From a virus, in IMG/VR virus record IMGVR_UViG_3300034069_000450, positions 1 to 44,135 of that record: 44,135 bases of DNA; one strand, written 5' to 3'. Positions 8,111 to 15,734 of this stretch are shown piece after piece (the first letter of the stretch is position 1; each line of letters starts with the position of its first letter). Made by a program: the position numbers and the translations under genes. The notes below the pieces were generated by a model. It made no database searches. It was given only the letters and a program-made list of their open reading frames with translations, and was not told the DNA's origin.

Positions 8111-8547
8111 GCCGCCAACCGCCCAACAACAGGCGCCCCCCACTCGGCGAGCAAAGCCAACGCATATTCCGGCGTCCGCACGATCGCGCATCGGTGGCCA
8201 GCGTCCTGAAGGTAGTTGAGCAGGTCGACTTGGCTGTCGCTCGGCTTGCCCTTGGCATCCTTGAACTCGACGAAGGCAACACCGTGATTCCAGACCAGCG
8301 TCAGGTCGGGCACGCCGGCCTTCAGCCCCTCCTTTTTTGCCTTGACGCGGTCCTTGAGGCCGCGATTGTGGCCATTCGGCACCGCCCACGCCATGACGGA
8401 CGGGGCGGCGATGCGCAGGAGCGCGAGGAACGTCGTCTGGCGCTCGATCTCGGTTGCCAGCCCGTGGTCGACCGGCTCAACCGTGAACCGCGGCATCGGC
8501 TTCAACGGTTCGTCGAAGCCATCCATCATGGCGAACGCGGCGCTCAC
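8107..8547 (-). CDS. VRR-NUC family nuclease
   Basis: PD-(D/E)xK signature: GVPDLTLVWNHGVAFVEFKDAKGKPSDSQ. Confidence 0.75.
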   Translation of the reverse strand: MSAAFAMMDGFDEPLKPMPRFTVEPVDHGLATEIERQTTFLALLRIAAPSVMAWAVPNGHNRGLKDRVKAKKEGLKAGVPDLTLVWNHGVAFVEFKDAKGKPSDSQVDLLNYLQDAGHRCAIVRTPEYALALLAEWGAPVVGRLAA

Positions 8548-8753
8548 TTCAGCCGTCCCTTTCGGGCCGCGACCGCCTGAATAATGTCCAGCCGCTTGCG
8601 CTTGTCGGTGATGCCGCGCTGTCGGCAGAGGTCATCCGCGTCGAGGTAGCGCGCGCGGCGATCGTCGCAGCCCCAGATCAGCTGAAGCACCTGCACCGAC
8701 TGGTCGGCCTGGGTGAGCGGCTGGTTGCCTTTCGGCTTGAACGCCGGCCTCAC
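8544..8753 (-). CDS. Hypothetical protein (69 aa)
   Basis: GTG 8753 lies in a GTGA overlap with the upstream stop; the track start 8783 is an alternative. Confidence 0.45.
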   Translation of the reverse strand: MRPAFKPKGNQPLTQADQSVQVLQLIWGCDDRRARYLDADDLCRQRGITDKRKRLDIIQAVAARKGRLK

Positions 8754-9343
8754 GCGACCAGCTTCCAAGCGTCCGGCTGCCACCCGTTGCGCTCGGCGCG
8801 CTCGATCACCTCTTCAGCGGTCAGCACGATCGACCCCCGCCGCCAGTACGTGCCATTCTCGGCGTAGCGGCCGCGCTCATCGCAGCGGACGACGGGACCG
8901 AAGTGGCGAAGATAATCGGCAGCCTGGCCGGCACGGGAGACATCGCGCCGCGGTCGATCTATGGCGCCTGTCCGGCTGCCCGCGCTTACAATGGTCCCGA
9001 AACTGGCCTTGGACTTGGCGAACTGAACCGCGTGAGCGATCTTGACACCAGCCGCGCGCCCGATCCCTGTTTCCTGCACCCACCGCATGACTGCGGTCGG
9101 GCTGGCTTGATAATGCTTCGCTAACTTGACGATCGACATCTCGGCATGTCGTGCTGCGAAGTCATCTGGCGCCGGCCGCTTGACCGCCTTCTCGCCATGA
9201 ATCAGCGAAATGCCGGTCTCGGCTTCCCAGCGAGCGAGCACCTTGTGATTGCGACCCCAGCGCCGGCGGGCGGCGTTGACGCCAAGCGTAGGAGCGAATT
9301 CGGCCCAGTCAGCCGGCGCTGGGGCCATCGGGCGAGGGCTCAT
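8750..9343 (-). CDS. DNA-binding protein with two HTH-like repeats (possible replication or regulatory factor)
   Basis: Internal repeat: LGVNAARRRWGRNHKVLARWEAETGI versus MSIVKLAKHYQASPTAVMRWVQETGI. Confidence 0.5.
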   Translation of the reverse strand: MSPRPMAPAPADWAEFAPTLGVNAARRRWGRNHKVLARWEAETGISLIHGEKAVKRPAPDDFAARHAEMSIVKLAKHYQASPTAVMRWVQETGIGRAAGVKIAHAVQFAKSKASFGTIVSAGSRTGAIDRPRRDVSRAGQAADYLRHFGPVVRCDERGRYAENGTYWRRGSIVLTAEEVIERAERNGWQPDAWKLVA

Positions 9344-9807
9344 GCCGCAGCCGCCACGATCTGCTGGCCACGTGCGACCATGCGGAGGCCCACAGAGCGC
9401 AGTCCCGGCTTCTCTTCGTCGTCAAAACGACCGTCCATCGCGGCCCGTGTCAGGACCGCATTGTCCTCGCTGTTATCCGCCGCAAGCTCGCCAGGGGGCG
9501 GGGCATCATCACCGAACGCGAACGCGCCCTGTTGCGCCAGCGACAGCCACTCGGTTGTGAAATCCGGCCCCAGGAACATCGCGATCGACAGCAGTTCGCA
9601 GATTTTCAGCGGGCGATTGTCGGGGTGCTCGGCCGGCACCATCGCAGATTCGATCACGCGGTCCTTGACGCCCGTGGCATTGGACAGCTGCTTTACCGAG
9701 TAGCGACACCCACGACCGACGTAGAGCCGCAGCGCGTCCGCAATGGACTCGCGTACCGCGTTGCGGGAAACGAGCGGCGATAAATCCGCTGAACGTGCCG
9801 ATATCAT
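9340..9807 (-). CDS. Hypothetical protein with HTH-like segment (155 aa)
   Basis: YSVKQLSNATGVKDRVIESAM. ATGA-type overlaps on both sides. Confidence 0.5.
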   Translation of the reverse strand: MISARSADLSPLVSRNAVRESIADALRLYVGRGCRYSVKQLSNATGVKDRVIESAMVPAEHPDNRPLKICELLSIAMFLGPDFTTEWLSLAQQGAFAFGDDAPPPGELAADNSEDNAVLTRAAMDGRFDDEEKPGLRSVGLRMVARGQQIVAAAA

Positions 9808-10031
9808 GGGTTAACTCCACGATTATGAGAATGAGTGACGCCCCGCTGCCGGTCGCTGTCCCTGCCGGGATGGTCGTGCGTCGGGGCTTGTCCGCGGTGC
9901 CAGCCGGCGTCGTCCTGCCAGCCGAGCGGGGCGAGCCAGCGCAGCAGCGGGTTGGCGAATACGACCAGCACGATGATGGCGCCGATTGCGATGATGCCGG
10001 CGTGATCGGCGATGAAGGTGAGGGCGGGCAT
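9804..10031 (-). CDS. Small membrane protein (75 aa, one N-terminal TM helix)
   Basis: Hydrophobic stretch: IIAIGAIIVLVVFANPLL. Confidence 0.5.
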   Translation of the reverse strand: MPALTFIADHAGIIAIGAIIVLVVFANPLLRWLAPLGWQDDAGWHRGQAPTHDHPGRDSDRQRGVTHSHNRGVNP

Positions 10032-10436
10032 CTAGGCGGCTCGCGAAGCTTGTTCGGTAAACTCGCGAGTGACTCGACGCGCAAGTTGAGCGATTTCTTC
10101 GGAATTGCTGCGATGCCCGGCAAGATGCCGCTTCACGCCCTTAATCAGCGCGCCTTGCGACCACCAATCAAGACTCACCTTACGCCCGCCAGTGGAGGCC
10201 GGACGGCCATCTATAGCAAGCTCAAAACCATACCATCTATTAGCGATCCACATCGAGACACCGCACCGGCGATGCGTCAGATGATAGTGGTCGGTGTCCC
10301 ATCCTTCGCCAGCATCAAGCAGGAGCAGCACCATCTCGGCTGCCGGATGCAGGCGCTTCCAGAAGCAAAGACGGCGCCAACCACGAATAAGCGAGCGCGG
10401 GTTCCGCTCACACCGCTGCCACGGATCCGCAGTCAT
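10032..10436 (-). CDS. Hypothetical early protein (134 aa)
   Basis: ORF track. Second gene of the Cro-side operon. Confidence 0.5.
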   Translation of the reverse strand: MTADPWQRCERNPRSLIRGWRRLCFWKRLHPAAEMVLLLLDAGEGWDTDHYHLTHRRCGVSMWIANRWYGFELAIDGRPASTGGRKVSLDWWSQGALIKGVKRHLAGHRSNSEEIAQLARRVTREFTEQASRAA

Positions 10437-10627
10437 GCTGCGGCCTGCGACAGCCGGGCGAGCGCGCTATTGAGCGCCACCATCGTGTTCATACGAGGCG
10501 CCATGCCGTTGCGGATGCGCTGGATTTGGGAACGGCTGATGCCGCTAGCTTCGGCAAGAGCGCCTGTCTGGACGCCAGCCTCTGACATCGCGCGCTCAAG
10601 CCAGGCGGGGTCATAGGAAGTGGGCAT
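10433..10627 (-). CDS. Cro-like HTH (XRE-type) regulator
   Basis: HTH: TGALAEASGISRSQIQRIRNG. 64 aa, first gene of the leftward arm, divergent from the repressor gene. Confidence 0.75.
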   Translation of the reverse strand: MPTSYDPAWLERAMSEAGVQTGALAEASGISRSQIQRIRNGMAPRMNTMVALNSALARLSQAAA

Positions 10628-10632
10628 GCCAT

Positions 10633-10662
10633 CTTATATGCCGCACTTATGCGGCAAAGCAA
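10633..10662 (-). promoter_or_regulatory. Candidate early-left promoter (TTGCTT-N18-TATAAG); possibly produces a leaderless cro mRNA
   Basis: On the minus strand the -35 is 10662-10657 and the -10 is 10638-10633. The 18-nt spacer is exactly operator O1. Only 5 nt separate the -10 from ATG 10627. Confidence 0.5.
10639..10656. promoter_or_regulatory. Operator O1: perfect palindrome TGCCGCA-CTTA-TGCGGCA
   Basis: 7-bp perfect inverted arms read directly. It lies in the cro/repressor intergenic region. Confidence 0.75.
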
Positions 10663-10679
10663 GCCCCATTCATGAGGCG

Positions 10680-10697
10680 CGACGCAATTATGCGGCC
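10680..10697. promoter_or_regulatory. Operator O2: CGACGCA-ATTA-TGCGGCC (imperfect)
   Basis: Same 7-4-7 geometry, about 41 bp from O1. Confidence 0.5.
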
Positions 10698-10715
10698 GGG
10701 TCTATTCGTCCGGGC

Positions 10716-11162
10716 ATGCAGGATAGACAGCGCCCGATCGCCGAATGGATGCGTGAAGTCATGCAACGCAGGGGTATTGCGGCCCGCGCTTGGGCTGAAA
10801 AAGCGCAGCTAGGAAAGGATACGGTATCGCGTGCGATCCGCGATGGATATGAGCACGTGACCAGTACGACCACGATCGCCAAGCTGGCGGATGCGTTGGG
10901 CGAGCGGCCTTACGGCGCTGCTGCCGGCGTTCCTAGTGTCGCGTCCCTCGAATCGATTCTAGCGGTGTTGCATCAAACCGTTTTGGGTGAAGCGCCGATG
11001 GAACGTGAGCTGACCCGCATTCTTGCTTCAAGTTTGAGAGACACCCTTCTACACCTCGCAGACGAACCTGAAGCGCTTGACGATCCTCGCCTTTCACAGA
11101 CGCTAGCTCGCGTCGCAGTTCGTCCGCATACGCAGTCATCCGCTCGACCGCGAAAATCCTGA
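10716..11162 (+). CDS. CI-like HTH repressor without a recognisable S24 autocleavage domain
   Basis: XRE-type HTH: ARAWAEKAQLGKDTVSRAIRDG...TTIAKLADALG. No Ser/Lys peptidase motifs are visible in the C-terminal half. ATG 10716 was chosen; the track start 10620 would overlap cro and O1. Confidence 0.65.
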   Translation: MQDRQRPIAEWMREVMQRRGIAARAWAEKAQLGKDTVSRAIRDGYEHVTSTTTIAKLADALGERPYGAAAGVPSVASLESILAVLHQTVLGEAPMERELTRILASSLRDTLLHLADEPEALDDPRLSQTLARVAVRPHTQSSARPRKS

Positions 11163-11252
11163 ACGTCTCACCTGCCGGCATCTCTCTCTCCCGTTCCCCC
11201 TATGTACGACTGATCTGCGTTGTAGGGAACGTGCGAAAAGAATTATCGTGGT

Positions 11253-11270
11253 TGCCGCATTAATGCGCTT
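11253..11270. promoter_or_regulatory. Operator-like site O3: TGCCGCA-TTAA-TGCGCTT (one good half-site)
   Basis: Left arm is exact; right arm matches 4 of 7 positions. Confidence 0.35.
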
Positions 11271-11297
11271 GACGATGCCGCATTAGCGCGGCATATA
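11269..11297 (+). promoter_or_regulatory. Candidate rightward promoter TTGACG-N17-CATATA
   Basis: -35 at 11269-11274 and -10 at 11292-11297. The spacer is occupied by operator O4. SD GAGGAGG and ATG 11340 lie downstream. Confidence 0.55.
11276..11293. promoter_or_regulatory. Operator O4: TGCCGCA-TTAG-CGCGGCA
   Basis: 7-4-7 palindrome with one mismatch, between the -35 and -10 of the rightward promoter. Confidence 0.65.
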
Positions 11298-11339
11298 CCT
11301 CCTCACACCCCGAGCCCCGGCTCGAATGAGGAGGCAAGC

Positions 11340-11591
11340 ATGGTCACCGCCAAGAAGCACGGCCGCAATGGCACCCGCTACAGCAACGGCCGCGATAGCG
11401 TAGTCATCTACCCGTTCCGCTCTGGCTATGCCTCGCGCGTCAGCCGCAGCGATGGCCGCATTTTCCGCGCTTTCCACCCGGATCGCGCCGATGCAGCGTA
11501 TCTCGCTGGCGAGTGGATGGACCCGGAGCAGAACGGGCGCTTTATCCTCGACAACGACATGGCTCGTCTGCGTCAGCAGGTGGCGGCATGA
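11340..11591 (+). CDS. Hypothetical protein (83 aa)
   Basis: ORF track. SD GAGGAGG lies 6 nt upstream. First gene of the rightward operon. Confidence 0.55.
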   Translation: MVTAKKHGRNGTRYSNGRDSVVIYPFRSGYASRVSRSDGRIFRAFHPDRADAAYLAGEWMDPEQNGRFILDNDMARLRQQVAA

Positions 11592-11782
11592 GCGGCGATC
11601 TCATACCTGTGCCGCGCGACTTGCTCGCTGCTGCCTGCTTCTGCGCTCGTAAACACGCACCGGACAGCAGCACCTATCAGCAGCTGAGCGCGTTGGCTCT
11701 GTCGCCGGCTGAAAAAACCTTCGCCGGCATGCCGATCAGCCAAGTCGCGCTCGGCACCTACCATCCGGGGGACGACGCATGA
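11588..11782 (+). CDS. Hypothetical protein (64 aa)
   Basis: ATGA overlap with the previous stop. Confidence 0.45.
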   Translation: MSGDLIPVPRDLLAAACFCARKHAPDSSTYQQLSALALSPAEKTFAGMPISQVALGTYHPGDDA

Positions 11783-12135
11783 CCCCCGCCAATACCCCCG
11801 CGGGTTGGACGGGTGGGGCGTCCGTCGCCGACGTTCTGGAGCGTGCGGCTGATCTGATCGAGCCGGAAGGTTGTTGGACGCAGGGAGCCGACGCCCGTAA
11901 CGCAGCGGGATGGAAAACGACCGGCCACGATGACGCGGCGGTTTGTTTTTGCGCGGAAGGCGCGATCATCCATGCTGCTGGTAAGCGCCCGAAGCACGAT
12001 GCCTTCCAAGCGGTACGTCGAGCGATTGGTGCGCCGTGGATCCATGAATGGAACGACGCCCCCGAGCGCACCCAGCCTGAGGTAGTCGCCAAGCTCCGCG
12101 AAGCCGCTTCCATCGCACGGGAGCGGGGCCTGTGA
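11779..12135 (+). CDS. Hypothetical protein (118 aa, CWTQG...CFCAEGA motif)
   Basis: ORF track. ATGA overlap with the previous gene. Confidence 0.55.
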   Translation: MTPANTPAGWTGGASVADVLERAADLIEPEGCWTQGADARNAAGWKTTGHDDAAVCFCAEGAIIHAAGKRPKHDAFQAVRRAIGAPWIHEWNDAPERTQPEVVAKLREAASIARERGL

Positions 12136-12350
12136 ACGCCCCCTTCTTCCCGCCCGCCGACGTGACGGCGATCGAGCGCACCTACGAGCTGATCGATAAC
12201 AGTCGCTTCGACTGGCACCTGCGCACGCGTCAGGGTCTGCCGTTCGAACTGCGGTTCTGCGCCGAGGGTCAGCCGACGCATTTCTACGCCACCCGCGATG
12301 CCGCGCTCGCCGTTGCGTATCGCTGGGTCGAAACGGGGAAGGCGTCATGA
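12132..12350 (+). CDS. Hypothetical protein (72 aa)
   Basis: ORF track. Its start overlaps the previous stop. Confidence 0.5.
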   Translation: MNAPFFPPADVTAIERTYELIDNSRFDWHLRTRQGLPFELRFCAEGQPTHFYATRDAALAVAYRWVETGKAS

Positions 12351-12526
12351 GCTCCTACGCTCCGCTCCCCGCCGCTCGGATCACGGCCGAAGTCGACGCC
12401 ATGCACGCGCTTGCTGCTGGCATGGCTGCCGATCGGGCCGAGATCGTCGCCATTCTCACCACCGCTAGCCGGGACACCGATTACGATCGGCTGCTGGCTG
12501 CTGCTCTCAAGGAGGTGCGGGCATGA
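12347..12526 (+). CDS. Hypothetical protein (59 aa)
   Basis: ATGA overlaps at both ends. Just under the track cutoff. Confidence 0.4.
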   Translation: MSSYAPLPAARITAEVDAMHALAAGMAADRAEIVAILTTASRDTDYDRLLAAALKEVRA

Positions 12527-12711
12527 AGCGCGCTGTTCCCCTGTGCGTGATCGAGGTGCAGCACGCTCGCGACACCGACCGCGACGGAAGCTGGCACGTC
12601 ATCGATAGCGGACGTGATGCCGAATGGCTTGTCTTTCGGTTGGAGGATGTCAGCCGAGGCTACGAAGGGCGCCCCGTGCGCCTTCGTCTCGCTGATGGAG
12701 CGACGGCATGA
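12523..12711 (+). CDS. Hypothetical protein (62 aa)
   Basis: ORF track. ATGA overlap with the previous gene. Confidence 0.45.
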   Translation: MKRAVPLCVIEVQHARDTDRDGSWHVIDSGRDAEWLVFRLEDVSRGYEGRPVRLRLADGATA

Positions 12712-12911
12712 CCCGCTCGTCCGCCAGCATCCGCACGTCCGAGCCCGCGTTCCGGCCGCACACGTCGCAATGGCAGCGCGAGAACATGGGGCGGGTCGAG
12801 CCGATGGCACCCGCGCGCGGCATGTCCGAGATGCGGCAGGGGCTGATCGTCGGCTGGCTGATCGGGTTCGCGATCATCACGGGCATCGTGCTGAAGGGGT
12901 TCGGGCTGTGA
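12708..12911 (+). CDS. Small protein with C-terminal TM helix (67 aa)
   Basis: Hydrophobic stretch: GLIVGWLIGFAIITGIVL. ATGA overlap with the previous gene. Confidence 0.45.
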   Translation: MTRSSASIRTSEPAFRPHTSQWQRENMGRVEPMAPARGMSEMRQGLIVGWLIGFAIITGIVLKGFGL

Positions 12912-13825
12912 ACGCCGTCACGCTGAACATGCTCGGCGACAGCGACGACGCGTTCCGCGCATCGGTGGTCGGTGCATCCGAGGTGCCGGCGCTGTTCGAC
13001 GCCTCGCCCTGGCTGACCCGGTTTGAGCTGTGGCACCGGAAGAACGGTACCATCGCGACGCCGGAGTTCGGCGGTGACGAGCGCATCCAGGCCGGCATCT
13101 TCTTGGAGCCGTCCATCATCCAGTGGGCGTGCGCCAAGTACGGCTACGAGCCGGTCGAGAAGCCGCGCCGCCTCGACAACGGCGCCGGGCTCGGCGGCCA
13201 TCCCGACGCGCTGGTCCGCTGCCCTGAACGAGGAACGGTCGGCATCCTTGAAGTGAAGATGGTTGACTGGCTGGTGTTCAAGAAGTGGGGTGACGAACCG
13301 CCGCTGCACTACCTGCTCCAGGCGCAGACCTATGCGGGGCTCGCTAAGGTCGAGTGGGCGGACATCGTCTACACGGTCGGCGGGAATAGCCTGAACCGGC
13401 ATCAGGAAGCCGCGCGGCCGGCGCTATTCGAGAAGATTGAGGCGCGTGTCGCTGCGTTCTGGACCGACGTTCGCGCCGGCATTGCGCCCGTGCCGGATTA
13501 CGCCCGCGACGGCGCCGCGCTGATCGAGAGCCTTGGCCTGCCGACCGACGAGGTGGCCGACTTGCGCGACAGTCTCGACGCCGAGCAGGAGGCGATGGAC
13601 TTCCTCGCCGGCAAGGCACTGCGCGACCAGGGCGAAGCGCAGATGGACGCCGCCAAGTGCCGGCTGATCGAGCGCATCGGCACGGCCGGCGTCGCGCTGC
13701 TGCCCGGTCATCGGATCGGCGCCAACCGCACGAAAGACACGCCGGATCGTGAGGCGAAGCCCGGCGAGATCATCAAGGGGCGCCGCGGATACCGGCGCTT
13801 CGACGTGAAGGAGATCGCGGCGTGA
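12908..13825 (+). CDS. YqaJ/lambda-Exo-like recombination exonuclease
   Basis: Motifs: GASEVPALFDASPWLTRFELWHRK...HPDALV...GILEVK (PD-(D/E)xK). GTG 12908 lies in a GTGA overlap. The 5' extension in the track overlaps three other genes. Confidence 0.8.
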   Translation: MNAVTLNMLGDSDDAFRASVVGASEVPALFDASPWLTRFELWHRKNGTIATPEFGGDERIQAGIFLEPSIIQWACAKYGYEPVEKPRRLDNGAGLGGHPDALVRCPERGTVGILEVKMVDWLVFKKWGDEPPLHYLLQAQTYAGLAKVEWADIVYTVGGNSLNRHQEAARPALFEKIEARVAAFWTDVRAGIAPVPDYARDGAALIESLGLPTDEVADLRDSLDAEQEAMDFLAGKALRDQGEAQMDAAKCRLIERIGTAGVALLPGHRIGANRTKDTPDREAKPGEIIKGRRGYRRFDVKEIAA

Positions 13826-14403
13826 TCCTGTTTTTCGACACGGAAACCACCGGGTTCTTCAACGATCGCCAGCCGGTCAATCATCCTTCGCAGCCGCATA
13901 TCGTCCAGCTAGCCGCAATGCTGACCGAGGACGACGGCGCTGAGGTCATGTCGTTCTCGGTGATCGTCGACAACGGCGTGTCCATCCCGGTTCAGGCGTC
14001 GAACGTTCACGGCATCACGACCGAGATTGCCGACGCGCGCGGGATAGAGCCCGAGATCGCGATGCACCTGTTCACGCACGCCTATCGGCTCGCCGACACA
14101 GTGGTCGCCCACAATATCAAGTTCGACAAGGGCGTCGTCGAAGCTGAGATATTCCGCCGTCATGGCGAGGTGCGCCGGCTATCAAAGCCGCTGTTCTGCA
14201 CCATGGAAGCGGCAACGCCCATCGTGAACCTGCCGCCCACCGAGCGGATGCTTGCGGCTGGGTTCGACAAGCCGAAGCCGCCGAAGCTCGAAGAGTGCAT
14301 CCGCCACTTCTTCGACGAAGCACTCGACGGCGCGCACGACGCGATGATCGACGTGGACGCCTGCCGCCGCGTCTTCTTCCACCTCAAATCTTTGGAGAAT
14401 TGA
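13822..14403 (+). CDS. DnaQ-like DEDDh 3'-5' exonuclease
   Basis: ExoI is FFDTETTG, ExoII is VVAHNIKFD and ExoIII is HDAMIDVD. Confidence 0.8.
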   Translation: MILFFDTETTGFFNDRQPVNHPSQPHIVQLAAMLTEDDGAEVMSFSVIVDNGVSIPVQASNVHGITTEIADARGIEPEIAMHLFTHAYRLADTVVAHNIKFDKGVVEAEIFRRHGEVRRLSKPLFCTMEAATPIVNLPPTERMLAAGFDKPKPPKLEECIRHFFDEALDGAHDAMIDVDACRRVFFHLKSLEN

Positions 14404-14404
14404 T

Positions 14405-15289
14405 ATGGCAACGCAGCTTGCTACTCGCGACGATCGCGCAACCCCCGTCCAGGTGTTTCGCCAGACGCTTGGCCAAATGACCGGGCAGCTGAAGATGGCC
14501 CTGCCGGCGCACATCAGCGTCGAGAAATTCCAGCGCGTCGCGACCACCGCCGTCCAGACTAGTCCGACGCTGCTGGATCCCAACAAGTGCGACCGAGGCT
14601 CGCTGTTCGGCGCACTAGTGAAAGCGGCGCAAGACGGCTTGCTGCCCGATGGCCGCGAAGGCGCAATCGTGCCCTATCAGGGCAAGGCGCAGTGGCAGCC
14701 GATGGTCGCCGGCATCATGAAGAAGGTGCGTAACAGCGGCGAGGTTGCCAGTTGGGATGTCGCTGCCGTCTACGAAAAGGACGAGTTTGAGCGGTTACTG
14801 GGCGACGACCAGCGCATCTTCCACAAGCCGTTCGAGGATGGCGACCCCGGCCAGGTGATCGGCGCCTACAGCATCGTGACCTTCAAGGATGGTACGAAGA
14901 GCCGCGACTATATGCCGCGCTGGCGGATCGAGAAGGCGCGAGCGCAAGGGCTGGCGAAGAATAGCCTGATGTGGGCGCAGTTTTACGACGAAGGCGCGAT
15001 CAAAACCGTCATCAAGCACCACGGCAAGCGCCTGCCTATGTCAACGGACGTAGAAGCGCTTTTTGAGCGCGACGACACCATGGCGCACGCGCGCTCGGCT
15101 GTCGCGATCATGGCCCACGGTGCGCAGGAGGCCGAACAACCCGCCCCCGTCTCACGCCTTGACGCGCTGGAAGAGCGGATCGGCGCCAATGACGGCACGC
15201 TGGCCGCTGACAACCCGAACGCTGGTGAAGGTCGCGCGGACGAGCAGCACGGCGAAGACAATCTGCTGCCGATGGGTGACGACCAGTGA
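14405..15289 (+). CDS. recT: RecT-family single-strand annealing protein
   Basis: LPAHISVEKFQRVATTAVQTSPTLL...SLFGALVKAAQDGLLPDGREGAIVPY is typical of RecT. It is adjacent to the exonuclease. Confidence 0.85.
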   Translation: MATQLATRDDRATPVQVFRQTLGQMTGQLKMALPAHISVEKFQRVATTAVQTSPTLLDPNKCDRGSLFGALVKAAQDGLLPDGREGAIVPYQGKAQWQPMVAGIMKKVRNSGEVASWDVAAVYEKDEFERLLGDDQRIFHKPFEDGDPGQVIGAYSIVTFKDGTKSRDYMPRWRIEKARAQGLAKNSLMWAQFYDEGAIKTVIKHHGKRLPMSTDVEALFERDDTMAHARSAVAIMAHGAQEAEQPAPVSRLDALEERIGANDGTLAADNPNAGEGRADEQHGEDNLLPMGDDQ

Positions 15290-15426
15290 TGGCCGTCTAT
15301 CATCATCCCTGCGGCAAGCGGGAGGTGTGCGGGCCGGGCCAGGCTAAGCAGCCCTGCGCCGCGTGCGACCACCTGTTCGCTCGCGTCGAGGCCTCGTTCC
15401 TCACCCGCGTGGGAGCAGGGCGGTGA
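15289..15426 (+). CDS. Small Cys-rich (zinc-ribbon-like) protein (45 aa)
   Basis: MAVYHHPCGKREVCG...CAAC. It overlaps both neighbours (TGATG, GTGA). Confidence 0.4.
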   Translation: MAVYHHPCGKREVCGPGQAKQPCAACDHLFARVEASFLTRVGAGR

Positions 15427-15731
15427 GTGGGCGGGGCACCATGCGCATTGTCGTGTCGGGCTCGTTCACAGCGACCCACTCGTGCGTCGAGGGGCATCCG
15501 CACGATCACAAGTGGCACGTGACGGCGTGGTTCGTTTCGGCACCGCGGGCTGATGCTCGCCTGTTCCGCGAAAGCCTCGACACCATGCTTGCGCGCTGGG
15601 AAGGGCGGGTGTTGCCGGCCGGCCGCGACTGGAACGAAGACATCGCGGAAGAGATTTCGGGGCTGGTCAATTGCGTCGAAGTCAGGGTGTGGCGCGAGGC
15701 GGATCGCCTTGGCGCGCACTGGATCGCGTGA
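15423..15731 (+). CDS. Short PTPS/QueD-like protein (6-carboxytetrahydropterin synthase family)
   Basis: FTATHSCVEGHPHDHKWHVTAWF resembles the His-triad/Cys region of QueD. It is shorter than canonical QueD. ATG 15441 is an alternative start. Confidence 0.4.
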   Translation: MSGRGTMRIVVSGSFTATHSCVEGHPHDHKWHVTAWFVSAPRADARLFRESLDTMLARWEGRVLPAGRDWNEDIAEEISGLVNCVEVRVWREADRLGAHWIA

Positions 15732-15734
15732 TGG

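Noticed and set aside
10620-10715. Upstream start (10620 or ATG 10638) for the CI-like repressor.
   Set aside because: Either start would overlap the cro start codon and translate through operators O1 and O2. The HTH domain begins shortly after ATG 10716.
12236-12256. T-loop-like GTTCGAA strings (also near 22575, 25511 and 39385), checked as possible tRNA genes.
   Set aside because: No acceptor, D or anticodon arms can be folded around them, and all lie inside well-supported coding regions. I found no tRNA, rRNA or CRISPR array in the window.
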